Part shown: positions 52,200-63,605 of the stretch, one piece after another
Layout: every line of letters starts with the position of its first letter
Position numbering within the stretch: the first letter of the stretch is position 1
NCBI RefSeq assembly: GCF_006345805.1
Contig: NC_043006.1
Location: forward strand, 63,984,001 to 64,048,000
Origin: Octopus sinensis
Lineage: Eukaryota
Direction of reading: 5' to 3'
Length of the DNA stretch: 64,000 nt
Program-made: the position numbers and the translations under genes
Notes under the pieces: model-generated
The model's input: the letters and a program-made list of their open reading frames with translations, nothing else
Databases searched by the model: none
Told to the model about the DNA's origin: nothing

Positions 52200-52378
52200 C
52201 CAAAGGAAGAAAGAGTAAAAGAGTACAGCAGGGTTCGTCACCAACCCCACCAAGGGCCTCGTGGAAGTATAGGTGTTTTCGCTCAATAAACACTCACAAC
52301 GCCCAGTCTGGGAATCGAAACCGCGATCCTACGACCGCGAGTCCGCTGCCCTAACCACTAGGCCATTGTGCCTCCACA
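52200..52378 (-). mobile_element. tRNA(Arg/Ala)-like SINE, a further family
   Basis: Minus strand GTGGAGGCACAATGGCCTAGTGGTTAGGGCAGCGGACTCGCGGTCGTAGGATCGCGGTTTCGATTCCC head with A and B boxes. Confidence 0.8.
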
Positions 52379-53154
52379 CTAACTTACCGATATGTATAAA
52401 AAGTAAATACATACTCCACACATATAAATATACACGAAAGTACGTATTATCCAAAATACATAACATCAGGATGTTTGAGTAAGAGTATATGTGTGAGAGG
52501 CAGTGTGGTGAAGAGGCGCTGTATAGCAACACGAATACCTACAAAATCGATACATCACCTCAACCCGAACGTACATTCCTTTTCCAATCAGTAAGCACCC
52601 CACTGACAGTATCGATTGGGCGCCGCTCATTCCGAGAGCTGAGAGAATTTACCATGTACAGGACGCCAGCAAGTATGTCAGGAACGTTGCTACTGCAGCA
52701 ATAACAACAACAGCACTACTTGCTCACAATGGAAGCTTATATGGTGGGTGTAGATCTTATATATATATATTATATACATACATACATGCATGCATGCATA
52801 CATACATATATGTATGTAAGCATAAGTATACACACAAACATTACATATTAATTTGATACAAAAAGAAAACTTTCGGTTTTTTGGTATTTTAAACTTTGAT
52901 GCTTATTTTCGAACAAACATATATTTAACTATGTTCCTCGATTGAAATGTTGATTTCGGTTTATTGATTTATGCTAACAGTTTTGTATTCAGTGTTCACT
53001 CTTTATTTAATCTTCTTGTTTTTTGTTTTTATTTTAATTTTCGGTTGTCAAATTAAAGAAAGAAGAAATAGTAAATTCGAGCGATTTTATCGTAAGAGTT
53101 CAAAATGGAACATAAAGTAGAGAAAGCTGTTCGCAATATTTACCAAGCAAGCCA

Positions 53155-53705
53155 TAAGGTGACGAGCTGGCAGAATCGTTAGTACGCCGGCCGAAATGCT
53201 TAGCGGCATTTCGTCCGTCTTTACGTTCTGAGTTCAAATTCTGCCGAGGCCGACTTTGCCTTTCAACCTTTTTGGGGTTGATACAATAAGCATCAACTGA
53301 GCATCGGGCTCGTCTCCTACCCCAGAATTGTTGGCCTTGTGCCAAAAAAATGAAACCAATATTCAACAAGCGAGCATAAGGCGGCGAGCTGGCAGAATTG
53401 TTAGCACGCCGGGCAAAATACTGAGCGGCATTTCGTCCGTCTTTACGTTCTGAGTTCAAATCCGCAGCAGTCGACTTTGGCTTTTATTCTCTCAGGGTCG
53501 ATTAAAACGTACCAGTTGAAGACTGAGGTCGATTTAAACGACTTAACCTTTTCCCGAAAATGGCGGCCTTGTGCCAAAATTTGAAACCAGTATTCCCGAA
53601 GCAAAAGGCCGTAAATTAGCAGAATATTTAACACGCCGGACAAAATGTTCATCAGCTTTTCGTCCATCTTTATGATTTAGGTTCAAATCCTGGCGAGGGT
53701 AACTT
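53155..53705 (+). mobile_element. Three head-to-tail family B SINEs
   Basis: Heads at ~53156, ~53378 and ~53605. Confidence 0.85.
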
Positions 53706-54440
53706 CTGTAGATTTGGCTAATGATTATTCGGTTAATAAAATTTATTCTGAACTTAGACACATTGCTTCAAAGTTAATGATGAAAAAAAGAGCTATGATT
53801 CAAGAAAGTAAAATGTAAGCAAGATATTTAATCACTGAGAGTATACAACTAGGCGAGAGGTACTCACACGCAATGATACAGGTGCGGGCGCGCGCATAGA
53901 CACAGACAAAGAAGAGTTATCTCCTCCTTTCCTTGCGAGTCGCCAACAATTACTACTAAATTTTTTCTTTTTCAATAAGACGGAAATTTTAGTTGATTAA
54001 GAATTCTTTTTCCATGCCATTTAGCACATTACTTTTTAATTTATTCTTCTGAGTTCATGCCAGTGAGCAACTTCAGTTTTTCCCTCTACACATAAAAAAT
54101 ATTATGCATGTTATTTATTAGTGTGTAAAAATCTTTCTAAGTCATTTTCTATATGTAAATACTATTGCCATCCGTTTCAAACAGGTTTCAGCAGACTGTT
54201 ATTCTAATAAGGTACAATAAGACAGAATTATGGCCGAAGTTTCCCCTCCCTCTTGCCTCAGGGTGTAGTTAGAGTGTGTGTTCCGCCCAGAGCAGTCCTT
54301 GAGCTTTTCGCCCTCCCTAAGAATCTCAAGCCTTATACACATAGGATTTCACAGTAGCCCCCAAAAGTGCCGTCCTTATAAAAACGTCGCCTGATGTGGA
54401 CTGCACATTCTCGTCCCCGCCTCTTGATACACTACTGCTT

Positions 54441-54849
54441 TACTCTTTTCTCTTTTACTTGTTTCAGTCATTTGACTGCGGCCATGCTGGAGCACCGCCT
54501 TAGTCGTGCAAATCGACCCCAGGACTTATTCTTTGGAAGCCTAGTACTTATTCTATCGGTGTCTTTTGATGAACCGTTAAGTTACGAGGACGTAAACACA
54601 CTAGCATCGGTTGTCAAGCGATGTTGGGGGGGACAAAAACAGACATACAAACACATACGCGCACACACACACACACACATATATATGACGGGCTTCTTTC
54701 AGTTTCCGTCTACCAAATCCACTCTCAAGGCTTTGGTCGGCCCGAGGCTATAGTTGAAGACACTTGCCCAAATTAACACGCAGTGGGACTGAACCCGGAA
54801 CCATATGGTTGGTAAGCTAGCTACTTACCACACAGCCACTCCTGCGCCT
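54441..54849 (-). mobile_element. SINE family A, young full-length copy
   Basis: Least diverged family A copy; internal (CA)n/(TA)n. Confidence 0.93.
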
Positions 54850-55048
54850 TTCCTTTAATTTTGTAAAATTTACTTTAATTTTCATAAAATTATCTTTCCT
54901 GTTCCTGTCCATTACACACACACATACATTTGCAAGACCATAAGATTTAAAGAATGATGAACAAACCAAAATGCTTCCCATTACAACCTTGCTACCAAGC
55001 GGGTAAAGAGAAAAATCATATATGCATACAATATGTGTGCATTATACA

Positions 55049-55101
<53 letters not shown>

Positions 55102-55145
55102 GTATAGGGAGAGTTTATATATATATGTATAGAGATATATATATA

Positions 55146-55366
55146 TGTATAGGGAGAGTTTACGAAAAAGAAAACAAAAGACGAAGACAGGTGGTATACA
55201 AAACAAACAGATGTATTAGTATAACGCCAGAATAGAAAAAGTCTTTTACGTTTCGGGCCTACGCTCTTCTACAGAAAGGACACAGAAAGAAAAAAAAACA
55301 AGGAGAGAAAAAAATGTGTGTAATGGCCAACGATCTATCATGGCGATATATATATATATATCGCCA

Positions 55367-55371
<5 letters not shown>
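55146..55371 (-). mobile_element. Short non-autonomous element with variant hammerhead-like motif in a (TA)n tract
   Basis: Minus strand GTCCTTT-CTGTAGA-A-GAGC-GTAG-GCCC-GAAA-CGTA-AAAGAC at 55241-55281; same layout as the 27.6 kb element; duplicated and inverted termini. Confidence 0.55.
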
Positions 55372-55415
<44 letters not shown>

Positions 55416-55659
55416 TATATATATATAGGGTTAAAATATAAATCTGCTAATTTTACGCTAAGCATCATCGTCATCGTCGTCGTCGCAGACGTCATCGACA
55501 CACTGCAGTTACTACCTCCTCTCTTCCCCATCTCTCGACAGAAGAAGAGATACTATGGAAGGAGGAGTGAGAAGAGAAAGGTTGTTTTCCATTTTGCTGC
55601 TACTAACACACAGCAACGTGTACTACTAAATGCGACTATTAATACTACAAAAACAACTA

Positions 55660-56870
55660 CAATAAGCTAGATTTATCAACCAAATCTCACCACACCTTCC
55701 TAAAAACAGAACGGAAGGAAATACTGAATATAGCCCTAGGTACACAAACAGGATAGCCAAGGATGAGGCGCCTTTGATAATAGGTTTACTTTTCCAGTCT
55801 GACACATACACGCATATGAATCTACACAAATACAGTAGACAGAAAAAAGAAATAGCAGCCAAATGTGGTTCAACTCAGACCCCTGCCATCTTAGGAAAGG
55901 CGGGATTGTCGCGGTCGGAAAGCCTTTGCATATAGGCCGGTTGGCTCAGTACAAAACAAAAAAGAAATGCTACCGCTATGCTAACACTAACCGCCGAGAC
56001 AGAGGAAACCTCTATGTGGTTGGTCGAACTCCTACAAATAGCAGCCAACTCACCATCGGCTCCATAACATACCGTCTTAAATATTATATATATATATATA
56101 AGGACAATGTAGTCTTTGATATGCAACAGATGGGGTTGTCACGACCGGAACGCCTATGATCATTGTTGTCGATCATGGCCGATTGGGATGGGAGAGAAAA
56201 ACTACAACCTCTACTAAAACTACTGCCACTACTACCATTTGTTGAGGTAACCGCGCCAAACTAGGAGTTTTCGTGTGTCCCTCTACTGGTAGAAATAGTA
56301 GCTAAATGTCACTCAGATCACATCCTACTGACTTAAAAAAAGAAAAGCCGCATTAAGCAATGTAAAGCTACATAGAATGCGCTGGAAGAAAAAACAGGAC
56401 TTTATGGATGGAACACTTTTGCGAACGAGTTGAATTGGAGCTAAAGAAAACCCTTACAAATATCACTGTTAATGAGCTTTACGTGGGTAATTCACTTGCT
56501 GGAAACAGCAGCCAAGTCTCTTTCGAACCACGCTTTAATGTCTTAAAAAGTGAAGAACATATTGGATAATGTACTCCTGGATAAATTATCTGAAAATAGG
56601 ACAGGATGGTCATAGTTAGGACACTTTAATCACAGGTCTGCTGGATCAGGGATGACCTTAAACATCAATAATAGATCGATGATGAAGCCTCTACGCAGCC
56701 ATTCGATTTGTTGGAAAGGAGCAAATCTCCCTCAAATCACATCTTTGTTTTTTGTTTCTTTTTTTTTCTTCTTAAAGACACATTGGTAATAAAGTTTAAG
56801 ATACTCTTAAAATATGAAGTGGTCACGGCTGGAATTTCTGTGATCATAGGTCTTTAAAATAACCATAAAC
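55660..56870 (+). repeat. Tandem array of about six ancient ~200-bp family D repeats
   Basis: Recurrent AGAAATAGCAGCCAAAT...CTTAAAAA...AATGTA...GATGGTCA(C/T)G units; other copies near 10830, 17530, 23430, 32630, 38080 (minus), 46640 and 60170 (minus). Confidence 0.75.
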
Positions 56871-57026
56871 GCTACTAGTACAACTGACTCTACTAAACTA
56901 CAGTTACACAAACATCATCAGCACAGCAGTAATTTCAGCTACCGCTACGAATTCATTGCCGCTGTTGCTGGATTTTAACCGCTAAAAACTACACATTTTA
57001 AACCATTGACTTATGAATATATAACA

Positions 57027-57426
57027 TCTTTATCTTCTACTTGCCTCAGCCAGTTGACTACGGCCGTGCTGGGGCACCACCCTGAACATTTTGTTTTTTA
57101 GTCGAATGAAACAACCCAGTACTTATTTATTTTTAAAATCTAGTACTTATTCTATCGGGTTCTTTCGCCGAACCGCTAGCTTACGGGGTCTAAACACGCC
57201 AACACCTGTTGTCAAGCGGTGTGTGTGGGGGGAGGGGGGAGCAAACACTGACACAAAGACATACATACATACATACATACATACATACATACACACACAC
57301 ACGATTCCATATTCAAATCTACTCACAAGGCTTTGGTCGGCTCGAGGCTATAGAAGACACTTGGCCAAGGTACCATGCAGTGGGACTGAACCCGCAACCA
57401 TTTCTTAATACATAGCTACGCCTGCA
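57027..57426 (-). mobile_element. SINE family A
   Basis: Diagnostic blocks present. Confidence 0.85.
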
Positions 57427-57769
57427 CTTTTTTTTAACAGCTTACTAAGACGGGGTTAGCAATCATGACATTTTTAGGGACTCCGAGAGTGATTGGGAGG
57501 AACTAATTTTCCTATCAAAGACCTACTTCGATTGGTTACAGCAGAAGCTGTAGTAGTTGTGGTAGGAGAGGAGGGCCATTGATGAATTAAAATCGGTAGA
57601 GCACTGAACAAAATGCCTGATGGTACGGCAATAGACTAAGTTTTTCGTCCTTCTGAGGTCGATAAAATACAGTAGCGGTTATGAACGGAAGTAATCCAAT
57701 TACAAAAAACTCTCCCTCCGCTTCTCTCAAAATATCTTGTCTTAGGCTTATGTTTGGAATTATTATTAA

Positions 57770-58140
57770 TTTCTTTACTACCCACAAGGGGGCTAAACAT
57801 AGAGGGGGACAAACAAGGACAAAGGGATTAATTCGATTACATCGACCCCGAAAGGATGAAAGGCAAAGTCAACCTCGGCGGAATTTGAACTCAGAACGTA
57901 ACGGTATTTCGCCCGGCGTGCTAACGATTCTGCCAGCTCGCTGCCTTGAATTATTGTTATGACAGTGAACTGGCAGAACCTTTACCACACCAGGCAAAAT
58001 ACTTAGCGGCATTTCGTCAGTCTTTACGTTCTGAGTTCAAATTCCGCCGAAGTCGACTTAGGGGGTCGATAAAATACTAGTTGATCACTGGGGTTACCCC
58101 TCACAACCGGAATAGGTCACTAAGCCAAAATTTGAAAACT
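57770..58140. mobile_element. Head-to-head pair of family B SINEs
   Basis: Minus copy ends GCCAGCTCGCTGCCTT at ~57947; plus copy starts GAACTGGCAGAA at ~57967. Confidence 0.85.
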
Positions 58141-59245
58141 GTATTATTAATAGTAAATAAATGAATAAATAATACTAAGACGGCTGGTGGCCGAATCGGT
58201 AGATCATTGGACTCAATCAGTAATGTTTCTCTACACTGCAAGTTCAAACGCCGACAAAGTTACTATCTACAAATGAGGGGCTAAGTATATGATTTAAAGC
58301 GTATCCCACGGTGATCATACCGTCTTTTCTTCAGTTATACTGGTGTATCTAGAAGTACAGGGCCTAATTAATTATAAGACTGAAGGGAATGGTATGAGGG
58401 TTATTTGGTAATTATTTTAATGGCTGGAGGTGTATTCTTTAATTTTTTATTTTATTTTATCAGAGTGGTGAGATTGGTGCGATCAATGTTGATTTTGAAA
58501 GTGGGTAGGTCGATATGTGCACGATAGAAATAGTTGGAAATACTAGAAGGTTGTGACTGTGTTTTTGGAAAAGAATTGGAAAAAGAATTGGAGGAGACGG
58601 TAGCAAAGGAACTCTCTGGAAGGCGAGAGAGGTAAACAGAATGAGCAAGTAGTTGAACTAGTTTAGATACACCTCTTACTGTAGTAACATAGAAGGCGCA
58701 GGAAAAAAAAAAAGAAGGAAAGAAGGAAAGAAAGAGAAAGAAGGAAAGAAAGAGAAAGAAGGAAAGAAAGAGAAAGAAACTTGTCTGAAATATCTTTTAG
58801 CCCCTACTTATAACACTTATTGGGCAGCGGTCATGCTGGGGTACTGTCTTGAAGGGTTTAGTCGAACAAATCGACTCCCCGTTCCCTTGCCGAACAAACC
58901 AACACTGTTTATCAAGTGATGTGTATGTGTGTATGTGTGTGTGTGTCTGTGGAGAGAACACACACAAGACGAGCTTCATTTAGGTTTCCATCTACTAAAT
59001 CCATTCACAAGGTTTTGGATGGCCCGGGGCTATAATAGAAGACACTTGCCCAAGGTACCACACAATGAAACTGAAACCGGGGCCATGCGGCTGCGATGCA
59101 AACTTCGTACCACAGCATTGCGAAAAACGAAATGACTTTTTTCTTTTCGCTGAATGTTTGGTTGAGTGAGTGCAACAGTATCTATTATTCCGGTGGCTAT
59201 CGACACATTTTAGTCGATAACAAGCTGTTCACTGGTCACACACGA

Positions 59246-59370
59246 CTGCAGCAGCTGTTTGGAGACAGAACTATTTTCTTCAAACAGCTGCAGCAGATGT
59301 TAAGTGGCGGCACTACTTTCTCCAAACAACTGCAGCAGCTGTTCACACAGAGACAAACGCACTATTTTCG
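59246..59370. repeat. 42-bp-period imperfect tandem repeat, three units
   Basis: CTGCAGCAG(C/A)TGTT at 59246, 59288 and 59330, each followed by ACTA(T/C)TTT. Confidence 0.8.
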
Positions 59371-62300
59371 TTACCGACAACAATAAGAAGTGCTGCTGCC
59401 TCGCTAAGACATATCTTCAACATGTTTCAAACACTTCCTTCCTTCCTTCTAACTAACTGCCAATTTCTATCGACAACTCCGAAAGAATCTGATAGTGCTG
59501 TTTACATCATATTACGCTTTTTTTTCTATTTGTTTGTTGTTGCTTTATCTGTGTCCTACAAACATCACTCCCCAACCCTAACTACAATCCAACCATCAAA
59601 ATAATACGTGCCACTGTTTATTCAGTTTGTTTACTAGATTATTTGCTTCAGTGTTCAATTTCAGAGACTAGAGAAATATTTTTATATATACCTTCCTTTA
59701 CTTTTTCAGACCTTTGTTGGGGCATCACTTTGAAGGGATTAGTCGAACAATTCGCTCCAGTACTTATTTTAAAGTCACTTTTGCCGAGCCACTGGTTGTC
59801 AAGGGGAGATGAGACACAAATACAAAACACACACACACACACACACGCACAACGGGCTTCTTTCAGTTTTCATTTACCAAATCTAGTCTAAAAGCTTTGG
59901 TCAGCCCGGCCCAATACAAAACGACACGCAGTAGAATTGAACGCGGAACGATGTGGTTGGGAAACAAACTTATTACCACACAGCTACATCTCAAAAGATA
60001 AATGAATGAATATAGGTATTTAAAAAAAAATGAAACCCGTTCCATTGGAAGATCTGAACAGAAATGGAGAAGACAGCTTCGTTTTTCACTGGTTAGCTTA
60101 TCTAATACTAAATAAAATATTTAATATTTAATAAAATATTTAATAAGATATTTTCGTAGTAATTTTTTAGCCTCTTGTCGACCCCAGTCTAGCAAGACCA
60201 ATGACCAAAGACGTTCTAGTCATGACCATTCCGCCTCTTTTTCAGATGTAGTATATCTTTGACTGCCATCTTTAATATCTGATTTTTTTCCTGTCTCTAA
60301 AACAGTAGGATAGATTTGAAGGAAATTTTACTGCTATTTCTAGCAGATCTAGTGAGAACTTAGAGACTGCCTCATTTCTCTTGTAGTACATGTTTTGAAG
60401 CAATGTTTGTTATCAGCTAATATAGAATAATTAAAAATCCACATAAAATTAGAAAAACTGTAAAGCCTGTTGAAATGGCAACAAAATCTCTATTAGATCA
60501 CACACTATAACCTCAAACAAACAAAATAAAAATGACAAAATACATTCTTTTCTACTCTAGGCACAAGGCCGGAAATAAAATATATTTGAAGTAAAATGGT
60601 GTTGTCATGGTTGGAAGACTTTTGATCAAAGGTCCATTGGACCAAGGGCTAAACAATAAGAAGCGGTGTACAGCTTCCTAGTACGTGGGATTTGAAATCA
60701 GAACATAATCTTATCCATTGAACTCCAGCAAACATGGATTTTCTTCCACTTTGCCCTATTTTATTTATTCTCCCTAAACCTGCAACAATAACGATGGAGT
60801 TACCTCCCTTCTATTAACTATAGTCTAAAAGGGACATTGACACCATCCCTAAAATAGGACACTTTCATACGCACGTGCGTTTTCCTCTCACGCTGTCCCT
60901 CTATCTCCCTTCGTCTCTATCGCTCTCTCCTTCCCTCCCCTGTCTCTCGCGTTCTCTCTCCCTCCCCGTCTCTATCGCTCCCTCTCCCTCTCTCTCTCTA
61001 ACCTACCCAGGTACTGAAATAAAATTTCAGATTTTATGAACCACAAAAAATGTACAAGCGTCCCTGCGGGGACGAACGAAATTGGGATCACATGAACTGC
61101 CACGGTTAATAAAATTTGTTTTGTCCGCCACTACCTCTTGACAACCGGTGTCGGTGTGTTTACGTCCCCGTAATTTAGCGGTTCAATAAAGAGACCAATA
61201 GACTAAGCACCAGGCTTTTACAAAAATGAATGCTAATAGGGTCGACTGAGTCGTCTAAAAGAATTCTTTAAGGCGGTGCCCCAGCATGGCCGCGGCCTCA
61301 TGATTGAAACAAGTAAAAGGTGAAAGATGGAAGACTATGGGGGGGGGGGTGAATCGTTAGCACGTCGGACAAAATGCTTAGCAGCATTTTTTCCGTTTCT
61401 TTATTCGCTGAGATCAAATCCCGCAGAAGTCGACTTGGCTTTTCATCCCTTCAGAGTCAACAAAGTAAGGACCAGCTGAACACTGAGGTTGATGTAATCG
61501 ACTCAAACCCTCCTTTCGAAATAGCTGGTCTTCAGCCAAAATCTGAAACCATAAATACAAAGGAAGAATTTCACAAATATTTAAGGAAGGAGTCCTGCCC
61601 TTTTTCAAGCAGAGAGCCACTGACCTTACGTAATGAAACAAACACGGTATGAAATGAAACGCGGCATAAAGTTTGTTGCTGCAGCGAGCTTCGATCTTCC
61701 TCACTCCCTGGACAAACGCCGTCCATAGCAAGCAGATAGCAGGCCTAAAGATGTACAACATCTCAGAATATTATCAAAACACTTATCTCTCCAATTCAGT
61801 CCAGACAAACACTAATATTATATACACAAAAGCAGTAGCCTGCGGTATTATTAACATCACTGTGCTGGAATGGACGCCGCCCAACGATAAGAAAAAAAGA
61901 AATGGCAACTGTTGCGATCAGGTCACGTTTACCTAGCTCGCCTCCGTTCCACTACTAACCACCAAAATCTTACAGACAAACAGAACTAAGAATCAACAAT
62001 TTTTTTTGCTTTGTTTCTAAAGTATTGAGTTATCAGACAAATTCCTTCGTTTTTTTTTTCTTCTTCTTTATTAATTTTAGAAAAACATTTTTATCAAGGT
62101 TTTTCTTTTTTTTTTTTTTGTAGCTCTATTTTTTTCTCTTCAACCATCTTTTGCCTACGGACCCCTTTAATTCCCATTTTGCGCAGGTAGACCCTCACAG
62201 CCACTACATGTTTAAAAAAAAGCACCACTCTTTTTTTTAATTCTTAAATATTGATAAGGAATTATATAAACAACTGTTAAAATATTTCGTGTGATGTAGA

Positions 62301-62396
62301 AGTAGAACCGATTTATTAATAACAAAATCTTCTCTGGATCCCCAAAGGCCATACGGATTCTCCTTGAGAATCATTGCACTACAACTATTGTTTATA

Positions 62397-62659
62397 TTGG
62401 GTTGGTGCATAATTATTGCGGCTTTTTTTAACAAATTTTATTCAATAAAAAAAAAATAACATGTAACAAAAACATCTTTAAATGATTATTCCGGAGCATA
62501 TTCACCATCTACTTAAATTACTGCTTCCCATTTGCTTGGAAGACGGTTAGACTGTCATTTAAAGATGTTTTTGTTAGATATTGTTGTTATTATTTTTTTT
62601 GAATAAAAAAAAATTGTTGAAAAAAAAAAAAAAGCCGCAATAATTATGCACCAACCCAA
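62397..62659 (-). mobile_element. Mariner-derived MITE with transposase C-terminal relic
   Basis: TIRs TTGGGTTGGTGCATAATTATTGCGGC / GCCGCAATAATTATGCACCAACCCAA with TA TSDs; internal minus-strand RLPSKWEAVI*VDGEYAPE* resembles the mariner LPxRWxxxIxxxGxY terminus. Confidence 0.9.
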
Positions 62660-63246
62660 TATCTTTTGAAATTTGAATAAATTTTCCCTCTTTTCAAACA
62701 TGATGATACAAAACAAAGTAGAAAGGGGTGGGAATGAATGAATTTATCAGACACCTCACTAATTGCTGTATGCTCAGCATAATATCTGGATCGCTCACAG
62801 CACCAAAATGCCGTACATCTCAAAGGTAATTATTGCTACAACAACTAGTGTATTAAATGGTTTTATTATTTTTTGTCTTCAGATAAAAGGAGAGGTATGA
62901 GAAATCATTTTGAAATGTAGAAATGGTGCAAGCCACGAGAAAGTTAAGAGTTACGTATGACTTTACTGTGGTCCTTCATTCTTACTAAACATAGCAGCTA
63001 AAAATCTCCATAAACCATAACTTACTGTCTTAAAAATGGAGCATGCAGATGTATTCTGGAAATAAAGCAGGATTGCATAACTAGAGTGTCCTTGACAAAA
63101 GGTCTGCAGATCTGGAATCAAATATTAACAGCATGTGTACAAACATAGAAAAGGCAGGAGAGAATACAACTTGTCCAAAGAATCACACTGCATCCTATAC
63201 TGTTCATTAATTTATGCCACAGTGTGCAAATATGGTCTCCAGTTAC

Positions 63247-63306
<60 letters not shown>

Positions 63307-63391
63307 GACAAAAACACTGTATAATCTGAAATTGACAGCTGTGGCTCGCATCCAGTCGTTCGACTGACTAATAATATAAACCAGACAATGC

Positions 63392-63605
63392 GATGAGCCG
63401 GCAGAATCGTTAGCGCATCGAACAAAATGCTCAGTGGCATTTTTTCCGGTTCTTTACGTTCTGAGTTATGAATTCCGCCGAGATCGACTTTGCCTGCCAT
63501 CCTTTCGGGTCGGTAAAATAAGTTCCAGTTAAGCATTAAGGTTGATCTAATCGATTATCCCGCTCCCCTAAAATTGTCGATCTTGTGCTAAAATTTGAAA
63601 CCGTT
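63392..63605 (+). mobile_element. SINE family B
   Basis: GAGCCGGCAGAATCGTTAGC...CCTTTCGGGTCGGTAAAATAAG. Confidence 0.85.

Noticed and set aside
55660-56870. Regularly spaced repeats as a CRISPR-like array
   Set aside because: Eukaryotic context; units are long, diverged repeats without unique spacers.
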